DNA from: Eledone cirrhosa
Lineage: Eukaryota
Reading direction: 5' to 3'
Length of the DNA stretch: 64,000 nt
Assembly: GCA_964016885.1 (NCBI GenBank)
Contig: OZ024741.1
Coordinates: forward strand, 118,854,001-118,918,000
The notes under the pieces are model-generated. The model worked only from the letters and a program-made list of their open reading frames with translations. It was not told where the DNA came from and made no database searches. Both the position numbers and the translations under genes were made by a program. Below, piece by piece: positions 11,202-23,300 of the stretch. The stretch's first letter is position 1, and every line of letters starts with the position of its first letter.

Positions 11202-11367
11202 CAAGGCTTGGCTTAAACGCTCATAGGCTGACTATGAAGGAATGATGCTAGAGCTGTGAAATCTTGCATGGATTAATTTCAATTCTTCTTATTAATAACT
11301 GCATTGTTTCTTTCCAAGGACTATAAGAGTATTTTGTTCAGACTATGAACTTTTCAGCCTATCCTCG
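11202..11367. mobile_element. Tc1/mariner-type MITE
   Basis: Imperfect ~30-bp terminal inverted repeats (CAAGGCTTGGCTTAAACGCTCATAGGCTGAC / GTTCAGACTATGAACTTTTCAGCCTATCCTCG) with TA on both sides. Confidence 0.65.
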
Positions 11368-11386
11368 TATGTATGAAACTTCCACT

Positions 11387-11929
11387 GGTGGATTGGCAGT
11401 ATCGGTAGAGGGTCGGACGCCATGCTTTGACGTATGGAGTTACGGCCCTTGCCATTCTGAGTTCAAATCCCGCCGAGGTTAACTTTACCTTTCATCCTTA
11501 CGGGGTCGATAAAATAAAGTACCAGTAATGCACTGGGTATTTGCTGGCCTTGTGCCAAAAGTAGAAGCAATTATTTCACTAGGGCGGTGAATTGGCAGTA
11601 TCGGTAGAGGGCTGGACGCCATGCTTTCTAGCATAGCTACGCCCCTTTACGGTCTGAGTTCAAATCCCGTCGAAGTTAACTTTGCCTTTCATCCTTATGG
11701 GATCGATAAAATAAAGTACCAGTTGTGTACTGGGTAATTGCTGGCCTTGTGCCAAAAGTAGAAACAATTATTTCACTATGCTTTGCAGTATGGAGTTATG
11801 GCCCTTTACGTTCTGAGTTCAAATCCCGCCGAGGTTAACTTTGCTTTCATCCTTACGGGGTCGATAAAATAAAGTACTAGTAATGCACTGGGGTAATTGC
11901 TGGCCTTGTGCAAAAAGTAGAAACAATTA
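11387..11929 (+). mobile_element. Three head-to-tail Meta-domain SINE copies (11387-11570, 11582-11767, 11777-11929)
   Basis: Each has GAGTTCAAATCCC (B box), CTTTCATCCTTA..GG.TCGATAAAATAAAGTAC (Meta-like domain) and GCTGGCCTTGTG..AAAAGTAGAA.CAATTA. The middle copy is flanked by duplicated ATTATTTCACTA. Confidence 0.88.
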
Positions 11930-11990
11930 TGTTTCTCTTCATAAAAAACTTATTTTCTTGTCATTTGGTATTTCTTTTTCCTGCCGTCCG

Positions 11991-12087
<97 letters not shown>

Positions 12088-12104
12088 CTCTCTCTCTCTC
12101 TATC
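11991..12104. repeat. (TATC)n/(TC)n microsatellite at the LINE 5' junction
   Basis: Directly visible. Confidence 0.95.
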
Positions 12105-12324
12105 AGACGTGTGTAACTTCGCGGAGAAGTTTCCGTTAATTTATATAAGAAAAAAAAGCGTGAGTTTTCAGTTAAATTTTATATTATTGTGTAACTTGAC
12201 CCCCCGTCTGGACCTTCAGGTGGTGAGTCAACTCATTTTCGCCCCTACAAGGGCGAAATATCTGTTTGAAAAATTTTTTCTCCATCGAATCTTGGAAAAA
12301 ATATTGTAAAAGTTTGATTACGTT

Positions 12325-14252
12325 ATGAACGCTGCGTCCAACGATAATGGTGGTGGAGAGGCGGTAAGACTACATAGCTCGCAGTCAACATCGTCTTCTT
12401 CACTAGATACTATAGAGATGGAAAGACGAAATGAAAATGCAAAAACAAATTCATATCCAAACAACACAAATGATACCAAACAGTTCAATGACAACAAAAA
12501 TAACAGCAACACCAATAATGATGATAAAAACAACAATGATAACAACAAAGAAAAAAATAAAGACAACACCAATAACACCAGCATCAAAGACAACAACAAC
12601 ACCAAGGAAAATACGAATAATATCAACATCGGTGACAACAAGAATAACAACAAGAATAACAACAAGAATAACAACAATAATGACAATACCACCAACACGG
12701 ATAATTCCACAAAGAAACCAAAATCTCCTTTGCAGAGACAGTTAAAAAAAAGGAGGAACTGATATATCTCGACATAACAAATGCTGAACAACTTTTAAAG
12801 GACGCTAGGAGATATGTCACTTTCGAAAAAAATGGTGCTTTCAGCATCAATTCTCCGGTAGAAATTCGCAAGGAAACTGCTCTCAAAACGATAGTTTTTA
12901 GGACAGTTTCCAATTCTACCTGAAAACCAGTCCAATTGTCACAGAAAGAAATTGAACTGGTTTTCAAAAATTCAATGAATGATATTGCATTCATTCAAAG
13001 AAGCAAACTTTTGGGGTGTATTTCGGTACTCATGAAGGATCAATTGACGGCCCAAAATTACTCTGTGTCGCCAATTGTATCCAACCTGTACACCTTTTCC
13101 CCTACATACATGGGAAAAAGGACACAAAAGATCAAAATCACGAGTGTCACACCAAAGGTGAACATATGGTGGATACTGTGCGGCTTCATCAATTTTGATG
13201 AAGACAGAATACTGTCAGTAGGAAAGTCCCCCAGAGATGTATTCAATGGGACTAGCATTGAAGTTCTGGTGCAAATGAGCCCAGAGCGAATAGCTATGAT
13301 CCCACAACGTGTACTCCTGGACGGACTCACCTACATAAACTTTTCGGTTGAGGGTAGGCGGCCTTCATGTTACCATTGCTTTAGCAGGGGTCACCTGAGG
13401 GCTTCCTGTCCTAAATTAATGAATCAAAAAAAGGCTCTTCTGCCGACACCCATCAAAACAACACAACCACCAACACCACCACAACAACAACAATACAAAC
13501 ACACAAAAATAACCACAACAAACACAGTCCCACCCAACCACACTCCACCTAAAACCACTGCAAAATCACATACAGACACAACAGCTCGCCAAGACATACC
13601 CCTCCCCAATCACACAGACGATACAACATATGAGGCTATCTCGCCATCACCCAGTGAAGACGAGGGAGAACCCCATCGCTCGAAAAGAAAGAAAAGACAT
13701 CACAAAAGCGATAAACCAGCAAACACTACCACAAACATACAACCACCAACACAAACAACAAAAACATCACAAACAAAACCCCCACCTCCTGAAAACAAAA
13801 TACCTACAACAAAACGAAAGCACACACAAGAACTACAGACAAAAACAAACACAACACAAGAAAATTACACTTACACTTACATAAACACTGAAAACAAAAC
13901 ACTAATGGAGACTATCACGAACGACCATTCGGTGAAAACCGAAGGGAAAACTTTCTCCCACTCTATTAAAAATAGCAAAAAACTGAACCTAAAACTGATT
14001 AGGGTCCCTATACAAACTTATAGGTCCCCAAAAGAAACATTTGAGAAGGATGTGGGGAATTCCTGCGTGAAACCACTCAACCGCGTCCTTCTCAAATGTC
14101 TCCCCACCCCAGACACCCCCATCCCACCAGACCCCACCCCACCAAACATCTTCGTCCCCACCCCGTCGGAAACCACCACCCATCCAGACAACTCCTCCAA
14201 CACCCCCATGGAAATCGTGCGGCCTGGTCCCCAGGAGACGAAGGGTGAGTGA
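12325..14252 (+). pseudogene. LINE ORF1 (gag-like, CX2CX4HX4C knuckle), interrupted near 12760-12935
   Basis: Asn-rich N-terminus at 12325-12762. The open segment 12936-14252 contains CYHCFSRGHLRASC followed by a Thr/Pro/Lys-rich tail. It ends 33 bp before ORF2. Confidence 0.8.
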
Positions 14253-14285
14253 TCTCTTTTCCTCTTTTAACTTTTCAGCACCAAC

Positions 14286-17200
14286 ATGGCCAATATAAGA
14301 GTTGGATGTGTGAACGTACGCGGCCTGGGGATGCCCTGGAAACAGGGCAAACTCTTAAACGACCTCAGGTCGCACAGTATGGATGTGGTAGCCATTTGCG
14401 AGTCCAGGATCCACAGCGAGCGACAGCTGGCCCCCATCTTTGATGACTTTGAGATCTACGCATCTCTCTGTCAACCGGGGGTGGGGGCGGAGTTGCCGTT
14501 TTACTGCGGAAACACCTGGGCCTCGTAACACAGACGGTACATCTGGACCCGGAGGGTCGACTGGTGGTCCTAGACGTTAACGGTAGTGAAGGTGGAGCCT
14601 TCAGGCTGGGGGCCGCATATGCCCCATCCGGGACACCGCGGCCAGACTTCTTCAAACGTCTAGAGACTTTTCTGGGAACGTCCCGTTCCTTGCTTTTAGT
14701 GGGGGACTGGAATGGAATCCTAGATGCACGTTGGGACTATGTGGGAGCATGTCCCGATAAAGGGGGGGGGGGTGTAACAGCCTCAAACAGTTAATCGACC
14801 GATTTGACCTGGCCGATAGATATCGACTAGATTTTCCGACTGCGCCACTGTGGACGTGGAGTAATCGTAGCGGAACATCTAGATCGTACCTAGATAGGGT
14901 TCTAGTTAGAAATAAGAATAGGGACATGTTAAGCTGTCCACAAATGTTCATGGTTGCCTATTCAGATCACAAACTAGTGACCTGCATGGCCAACCTTGAT
15001 AGAACCCATAGACAAGGACCCGGCTACTGGAAGCTGAACTTGTCGTTACCGACAAGCAAAGCCTACAGTAGACGGATTAGCACTTTAGTTAAACAGCACT
15101 TGACAGGGGCCATTGTCAACAACAGATGGTGGTACTCTCTCAAGAGGGCAGTTAGATTAGACTCGATAGTTTTTAGTAAAGAATTAGCGTTAGATAGAAA
15201 TAGAACCGAGAAGGAACTGGTAGATAAAGTAGAAGAGGCAATTAGAAGTGGCAACGTAGCCAGCGTGCTAGCAACGAGAACGGCCTTGGACCAGTTCTTC
15301 GACGCAACGCACGAGGGCTGCGTTGTCAGAAGCAAAATACGTGCTCTTGGAAACGAGGGAGCCAAAGCTGTTAGCTGGGCCCGAGTGATGGAGGCAAAAA
15401 GTGGCAACAAGTCCACGATTCGGTCTTTGAAGGACCAAAACGGACGCGTGATATGTGAGCCGAAGCAGATGTGTGCGGCTATTCAGCGGCACTTTGCTCA
15501 ACTGTTCGGGAGGGGCGGCGCGCCGGGAGGGGCTATGGATTTCGGTCCATACCTCGACGGCCTACCGCGACTCTCGGACAGCGAGGCAAAGTTCTGCGAA
15601 AAGCCGATTTCAGCCGCTTAGATAGGGGACGCGTTGAGCCAATGCGGCAAACGCAAATCTCCAGGTCTCGACGGTCTACCCTACGAATTTTACGTAGCAA
15701 TGCCGGACTTATTCTCCGGTCTCCTGGAAGCGGTCTACTGCAACTGGCAACAGAACGGGAGAATTCCCAGTTCTGTAACCGGGGGCGTGGTCACACTAAT
15801 CAGGAAGGACGAGAATAAGGGGGATGACATAGGCAACTTCCGGCCCATAACTCTGCTAAACACAGAGTTACAGATTTTGGCCAAGGTGTTGGCAAAGAGG
15901 CTGGCGCTTGTCGTCGAGAACCTGGCGGGAGAAGCGCAGACATGCGCAATCCCGACCAGGTCCATACACGACAACCTCCACCTCATGCGATACATCATAG
16001 AGAGGGTAGGGTGTAAACCCGGCTTCGGTGGGGCCCTGATCAACTTGGATCAGTCTAAGGCTTTCGATAGGGTTGACCATCGTTACCTGGATGCGGTGCT
16101 CGAGGCGGCAGGCTTCGGACCCGTGTTCAGGGGCTGGATTGCTGCAATGCACAACAGCAACATCTGCTCAAGGGTCAAGGTGAACGGCTACCTCTCGGAG
16201 CCGTTCCATATTACGCGATCCATTCGACAGGGATGCCCTCTCTCCTCCCTTCTGTACGTACTGCTGCGGAAGCTGGAGCTATTGCAGGGTATCCCTCTGG
16301 AACCGGGACTGCGGAAAGTGACGTCGGCCTACGCCGACGACGTGACAGTAATGGTGTCGAGCGCCTCGCAAATCGAGGAAGTCGGCACCTTACTGAAGGA
16401 ATACGAAAGTGTCACAGGAGCGAAGCTGAACCGGGACAAGTCCATCGGTTTGCAACTCGGATCGTGGAGAAGCAAACCGATGCTTTCCGATGGCGTCGTC
16501 GGACGCTGGACGGAAGGACCGGTAAAGCTGCTCGGGGTCTGGTTTGGTCCGGACCTCCAGGTGGAGAAGAACTGGAACGAACTGACGGCCAAGGTGTTTG
16601 CACTCACCCAGAAGTGGGCCGAATGCAAACTATCCTTGAAAGGTCGAGCGGAGGTGGCGAACACTTTTATAGCGTCCGCCATCTACTACCGCTTGACCGT
16701 CGTGCCTTGTCCAGCCAAAACGCTCGCCAAAATGGAGCGCGCGCTCTTCCAATTCCTTTGGAAGAGGCGGGCTCCTTTGGTGAGAAGATCCATCTGCTGC
16801 CAACACCCTTCTAACGGAGGGCTGGGTTTGCCGTGGCTGACGATACGCAAACACGCGCTCAGGCTGCGGCATCTCTACGTATTCCTCACCGGACAACAGG
16901 TCTGGGCCCCGTTCGTGAGGCGAGCCTTCCCACGACTCGTCTTGCTGACCGAGCTGCAGTCCTGGGTCAAGCAAAGACCGAGGAAAATGGGCGACTGGCA
17001 CATCGAATGTGCTCAGGCGCTCACAGCCCTCTGGCAGGCGGACCCGGCGATCAGTGGAGACTCCACTTCGTCATTCTATAGAGGGTTGATCCGCAGCAAG
17101 TGCGACGACGCGCTCGGAGAAACTCTAGGCGTAGAGGAAGATGAACTGGCCAGTCTGTTCGGTAGGACCTTCCACCCGGGACCGATGGACAACTTCCAAA

Positions 17201-17691
17201 AGTCCCTGGCCTGGCAGTGCTACCGAGGAGCTCTACCAGTTCGAGACAAGCTCTACAGACATGGGCGCCCGGGCAGGGACCCTGCAAAAAAGATCTGTCC
17301 GAGGTGCGTGCGAGACGAAGAAACCGTTGCGCACGCATTCATACACTGCCCGGGCGTCACTGACCTGTGGGGCTATGTAGAACCAATCCAGTTGACCACC
17401 GAGTCCATTGTCATAATCAAACCGCCACCCTCCTTCACAAACGAAGGAGAGGCGGTTTTCCTTTGTGTGATAGCTATGGCGAAAGAGGTTGTATGATGGA
17501 CAAGGTTGAAAGGGCTGAGGTCAGACACCTTTCTCTCCGGCCAACAACTGATTCTTTTTTTCAAATACCACTTTGGAAGAAGAATCAGGATGGAGAGAGA
17601 GGTGCTGTACCCCAGCAAGTTTTATGAAAGGTGGGTGAAAGTGGCGAGAATGGCCCGAGTGAATGAGCCTTCTCTCTATATCAGCCTGTAG
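14286..17691 (+). pseudogene. LINE ORF2 (APE endonuclease, reverse transcriptase, CCHC) with frameshifts and stops
   Basis: Motifs NVRGL, GDWN, SDHK, GYWKLN, KSPGLDG, NFRPITLLN, LDQSKAFDRV, RQGCPLS, YADD and CPRC...ETVAHAFIHC. Frameshifts fall in G-runs (~14490, ~14770), and there are in-frame stops at 15619 and 17494. Confidence 0.93.
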
Positions 17692-18000
17692 GTTGAGGAA
17701 AAGAAGCAAGAGAGGAAAGGGGTACAAACTCTTCGTACTCCTGGAGATGAGGGCTGCACATTTTTTTCCGGGGTATGTGTTGCCCATATGAAATGTCTCC
17801 CCCTATTGGGGAAAATCGATTAACTTTTAAATTACATTTGTGATAATATTTTACACGTTTTTATTGTAAACTTCCCTCTTTGTATTTGTCCCCTTCTTTT
17901 GTGCCCCTGTGGCTAATACTAATAAAGAAACATATCTATCTATATATATATATATATATTATTAAGTGTTTCCGTAGGAAAGGTAAAGGAAAAGAGAGTG

Positions 18001-18051
<51 letters not shown>

Positions 18052-18261
18052 TAATATGTCTAAGGGTACAAGGTACCCCCAGAAATACATAGGTTGTCTA
18101 TGATTCAAGGTGGTTCTATGGTAATAATTTGATATACCAGAACTTAATATCAAGATAAGTAGAACAAGTAAAATTCAACCAATTTTTCAAAATAAATCAA
18201 AATTAATTTAAAATTAAAATTAATCAAAATTAAAAAATATAATATAAATATTTACCTATTC

Positions 18262-18351
18262 AAATGGCCCTTACTGTACAGTTTCACTTTGAAAAACATT
18301 AGATATCACATGGATATTAATGGGAAAACAAAGATCATCAGAGAAGCATTT
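18262..18351 (-). ncRNA. Type I hammerhead ribozyme, left arm
   Basis: Minus strand: AAATGCTTCT-CTGATGA-T-CTTTG...CAAAG-T-GAAA-CTGTACAG-TA-AGGGCCATTT. Both core boxes are intact and stems I, II and III can form. Confidence 0.78.
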
Positions 18352-18566
18352 TCCTTTCCTAGGGTTAAAAACCTCAGGAACGATAAAATATATGACCTCG
18401 TCCCCAGCTAACATGGGTCTGAAAGGTCGTAAAAGTGACCCGTATATACGCCGGTGTGAAGTGAAGGCGGGAAATCACAGACTTGTTGTCTATAGTCGCC
18501 ACTAAAAAAATAGCAGCTAGATAGAACGACATTATCGTTCCTGAGGTTTTTAACCCTAGGAAAGGA

Positions 18567-18656
18567 AAATGCTTCTCTGATGATCTTTGTTTTTCCATTA
18601 ATATCCATGTGATATCTAATGTTTTGCAGAGTGAAACTGTACAGTAAGGGCCATTT
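18567..18656 (+). ncRNA. Type I hammerhead ribozyme, right arm
   Basis: CTGATGA at 18577-18583, GAAA at 18633-18636, palindromic stem III ACTGTACAGT, predicted cleavage after GUA at 18646. Stem I has 9 of 10 pairs including two G-U. Confidence 0.78.
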
Positions 18657-18791
18657 GAATAGGTAAATATTTATATTATATTTTTTAATTTTGAATAATT
18701 TTAATTTTAAATTAATTTTGATTTATTTTGAAAAATTGGTTGAATTTTACTTGTTCTGCTTATCTTGATATATATATATATATATATATAT

Positions 18792-19452
18792 AGTTAAAAG
18801 AATAGAGGTGTAACACACAAGTTATTATATATTGGTAAACGGAATAGAAAATGCTGACAAATTGTTCACAGTTGAAAAATGGTTTAATTAGGAATAAAAG
18901 AGTATTAGTGATTGTATGGGTTAGTATTCAGTTGTGGTTTTAAGTTTTTAAGTTTTTACCGGTTGCGCATTTCTAAATGCTTTTCAAAAATAATTTTGAG
19001 ATAGAGTGTCCGTGTTGTTTGCTCTGATCTGATTAGTTTTGGGAATTCTACCTGTTTTTATGTTAAAAAAGTGGCTCCAGCGTTACTTTGGTGTTGCAAA
19101 AATTCTGTGGTCAAAACAATTTTGATTGGTTGGTAGAGGTCATGTGACCAATCAAAGTTGTTTTGACCACAAGAATTTTTGCAACACCAAAGTAACGCTG
19201 GAGCCACTTTTTTAACATAAAAACATGTAGAATTCCCAAAACTAATCAGATCAGAGCAAACAACACGGACACTCTATCTCAAAATTATTTTTGAAAAGCA
19301 TTTAGAAATGCGCAACCGGTAAAAACTTAAAAATTTAAAACCACAACTGAATACTAACCCATACAATCACTAATACTCTTTTATTCCTAATTAAACCATT
19401 TTTCAACTGTGAACAATTTGTCAGCATTTTCTATTCCGTTTACCAATATATA
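18792..19452. mobile_element. Second (TA)n-embedded fold-back element with ~305-bp arms and a ~14-nt loop
   Basis: 18826-19131 is the near-perfect reverse complement of 19146-19452. A hammerhead-like variant motif lies at 19288-19324 with its mirror image in the left arm. Confidence 0.85.
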
Positions 19453-19465
19453 TATATATATATCT

Positions 19466-19700
19466 TCCTACCTATTTTCCTACCTACCTACCTACCTACC
19501 TACCTACCTACCTACCTACCTACCTACCTACCTACCTACCTACCTAATTATCTACCTACCTATCTACCTAATTACCTACCTACCTACCTACCTACCTACC
19601 TACCTACCTACCTACCTACCTACCTACCTACCTACCTACCTACCTATCTACCTACCTACTTACCTACCTAACTATCTACCTATTTATCTATCTATCTATT
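19466..19700. repeat. (TACC)n microsatellite
   Basis: Directly visible. Confidence 0.95.
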
Positions 19701-19956
19701 TACATTGCTGGCCTTATTTTGCCGTAACCTCTATCTACTCCATCTTACTGCCACGTTCTAACGAGGGAGTCTCTACGTGTTTGACCGATCTGCCAAGAAA
19801 TGGCAGCCAAAATCCTTTAAATTACTTGTCCAAGATGGCAAGCAGTAGGATCGAACCCGGGGTTTATTGATTGCGAAATGAACTCCTCAACCATTCAGCC
19901 ATATTGCGTCCAATTAAAGAGAAATGACTTGGCTTGGACAAGCTTGACTTGGAGCT

Positions 19957-20348
19957 AAACAACAACAAAAGCAGTAACAACAACGATAACAACAACAACA
20001 ATAACAGTAACAACAACGATAATAACAACAACAATAACAGTAACAACAACAATAATAACAACAACAATAATAGCAGTAACAACAACGATAATAAAAACAA
20101 CAATAACAATAACAACAATAACAACAACGATAACAACAATAACAGTAACAACAACGATAACAACCACAATAGTAATAGCAGAAACAGCGATAACACCAAC
20201 AACAATAACAATAATAACAACGATAACAACAACAATAACAGTTACAACAACAATAACACTAACAACAATAACAGTAACAACAATAACAATAACGACAACA
20301 ATAACAGTAACAACAGCGACAACAGTGACAACAACAACCATAACAGTA
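19957..20348. repeat. Degenerate (AAC/AAT)n trinucleotide repeat
   Basis: Directly visible. Confidence 0.95.
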
Positions 20349-20349
20349 A

Positions 20350-23300
20350 TAGGATGATGATAGTGTTAGTTGTAGTGTTACTGGTGGTGTTAATAGTGAT
20401 GATGGTAATGGTGGGGTTAATAGTGATGATGGTAGTGGTGGGGTTAATAGTGATGATGGTAGTGGTGGGGTTAATAGTGATGATGGTAATGGTGGGTTAA
20501 TAGTGTTGATGGTAGTGGTGGGTTAATAGTGATGATGGTAGTGGTGGAGTTAATAGTGATGATGGTAATGGTTGGTTAATAGTGATGATAGTAGTGGTGG
20601 GATTAATAGTGATGATGGTAGTGGTGGGATTAATAGTGATGATGGTAGTGGTGGGGTTAATAGTGATGATGGTAGTGGTGGGTTAATAGTGATGATGGTA
20701 GTGGTGGGTTAATAGTGATGATGGTAGTGGTGGGTTAATAGTGATGATGGTAGTGGTGGGGTTAATAGTGATGATGGTATTGGTGGGGTTAATAGTGTTG
20801 ATGGTAATGGTGGGTTAATAGTGATGATGGTAGTGGTGGGGTTAATAGTGATGATGGTAGTGGTGGAGTTAATAGTGATGATGGTAATGGTGGGGTTGAT
20901 AGTGATGATGGTAGTGGTGGGGTTGATAGTGATGATGGTGGTGGTGGGGTTAATAGTGATGATGGTAGTGGTGGGGTTGATAGTGATGATGGTGGTGGTG
21001 GTGGGGTTAATAGTGATGATGGTAGTGGTGGGGTTAATAGTGATGATGGTAATGGTGGGTTTGATAGTGATGATGGTAGTGGTGGGGTTGATAGTGATGA
21101 TGGTGGTGGTGGGATTAATAGTGATGATGGTAGTGGTGGGGTTGATAGTGAAGATGGTAGTGTTGGGGTTGATAGTGATGATGGTGGTGGTGGGGTTGAT
21201 AGTGATGATGGTAGTGGTGGGGTTAAGAGTGATGATGGTAGTGGTGGGATTAATAGTGATGATGGTAGTGGTGGGGTTAATAGTGATGATGGTAGTGGTG
21301 GGGTTAATAGTGATGATGGTAGTGGTGGGTTAATAGTGATGATGGTAGTGGTGGGTTAATAGTGATGATGGTAGTGGTGGGTTAATAGTGATGATGGTAG
21401 TGGTGGGGTTAATAGTGATGATGGTATTGGTGGGGTTAATAGTGTTGATGGTAATGGTGGGTTAATAGTGATGATGGTAGTGGTGGGGTTAATAGTGATG
21501 ATGGTAGTGGTGGAGTTAATAGTGATGATGGTAATGGTGGGGTTGATAGTGATGATGGTAGTGGTGGGGTTGATAGTGATGATGGTGGTGGTGGGGTTAA
21601 TAGTGATGATGGTAGTGGTGGGGTTGATAGTGATGATGGTGGTGGTGGTGGGGTTAATAGTGATGATGGTAGTGGTGGGGTTAATAGTGATGATGGTAAT
21701 GGTGGGTTTGATAGTGATGATGGTAGTGGTGGGGTTGATAGTGATGATGGTGGTGGTGGGATTAATAGTGATGATGGTAGTGGTGGGGTTGATAGTGAAG
21801 ATGGTAGTGTTGGGGTTGATAGTGATGATGGTGGTGGTGGGGTTGATAGTGATGATGGTAGTGGTGGGGTTAAGAGTGATGATGGTAGTGGTGGGATTAA
21901 TAGTGATGATGGTAGTGGTGGGGTTAATAGTGATGATGGTAGTGGTGGGGTTAATAGTGATGATGGTGGTGGTGGGTTAAAAGTGATGATGGTAGTGGTG
22001 GGTTAATAGTGATGATGGTAATGGTGGGGTTGATAGTGATGATGGTAGTGATGGGTTAATAGTGATGATGGTAATGGTGGGGTTAATAGTGATGATGGTA
22101 GTGGTGGGGTTAATAGTGATGATGGTAGTGGTGGGGTTAATAGTGATGATGGTAGTGGGGGAGTTAATAGTGATGATGGTAGTGGTGGGGTTGATAGTGA
22201 TGATGGTAGTGGTGGAGTTAATAGTGATGATGGTAGTGGTGGTAGTGGTGGAGTTAATAGTGATGATGGTAGTGGTGTGGTTGATAGTGATGATGGTGGT
22301 GGGTTAATAGTGATGATGGTAGTGGTGGAGTTAATAGTGATGATGGTAGTGGTGGAGTTAATAGTGATGATGGCAGTGGTGGGTTAATAGTGATGATGGT
22401 AGTGGTGGGTTAATAGTGATGATGGTAGTGGTGGGTTAATAGTGATGATGGTAGTGGTGGGTTAATAGTGTTGATGGTAGTGGTGGGGTTAATAGTGATG
22501 ATGGTAGTGGGGGAGTTAGTAGTGATGATGGTAGTGGTGGGGTTGATAGTGATGATGGTAGTGGTGGAGTTAATAGTGATGATGGTAGTGGTGGAGTTAA
22601 TAGTGATGATGGTAGTGGTGGAGTTAATAGTGATGATGGTAGTAGTGGAGTTAATAGTGATGATGGCAGTGGTGGGTTAATAGTGATGATGGTAGTGGTG
22701 GAGTTAATAGTGATGATGGTAGTGGTGGGGTTGATAGTGATGATGGTAGTGGTGGGTTAATAGTGATGATGGTAGTGGTGGGGTTAATAGTGATGATGGT
22801 AATAGTGGGTTAATAGTGATGATGGTAGTGGTGGGTTAATAGTGATGATGGTAGTGGTGGAGTTAATAGTGATGATGGTAGTGGTGGAGTTAATAGTGAT
22901 GATGGTAGTGGTGGGTTAATAGTGATGATGGTAGTGGTGGAGTTAATAGTGATGATGGTAGTGGTGGAGTTAATAGTGATGATGGTAGTGGTGGAGTTAA
23001 TAGTGATGATGGTAGTGGTGGGTTAATAGTGATGATGGTAGTGGTGGGGTTAATAGTGATGATGGTAGTGGTGGGGTTAATAGTGATGATGGTAGTGGTG
23101 GGGTTAATAGTGATGATGGTAGTGGGGGAGTTAATAGTGATGATGGTAGTGGTGGGGTTGATAGTGATGATGGTAGTGGTGGAGTTAATAGTGATGATGG
23201 TAGTGGTGGGGTTAATAGTGATGATGGTAGTGGTGGGGTTAATAGTGATGATGGTAGTGGTGGGTTAATAGTAATGATGGTAGTGGTGGGTTAATAGTGA

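Larger units (their letters stand above)
12105..17931 (+). mobile_element. Near full-length Tx1/L1-type non-LTR retrotransposon, disabled
   Basis: 5' UTR, ORF1 with a zinc knuckle, ORF2 with APE endonuclease, RT and a C-terminal CCHC, a ~240-bp 3' UTR ending AATAAAGAAA, and TATC repeats on both sides. Confidence 0.92.
18047..18771. mobile_element. (TA)n-embedded fold-back element with 240-bp inverted arms, each carrying a hammerhead motif (Penelope-like)
   Basis: Arms 18147-18386 and 18532-18771 are near-perfect reverse complements around a 145-bp spacer, with ~100 extra bp on the left and (TA)n on both sides. Confidence 0.85.

Noticed and set aside
11582-11680. tRNA genes suggested by A/B boxes
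   Set aside because: These are SINE heads with no complete cloverleaf, followed by conserved SINE bodies.
13016-17787. Alternative-frame and antisense ORFs inside the LINE
   Set aside because: They are shadow ORFs of GC-richer retroelement coding sequence.
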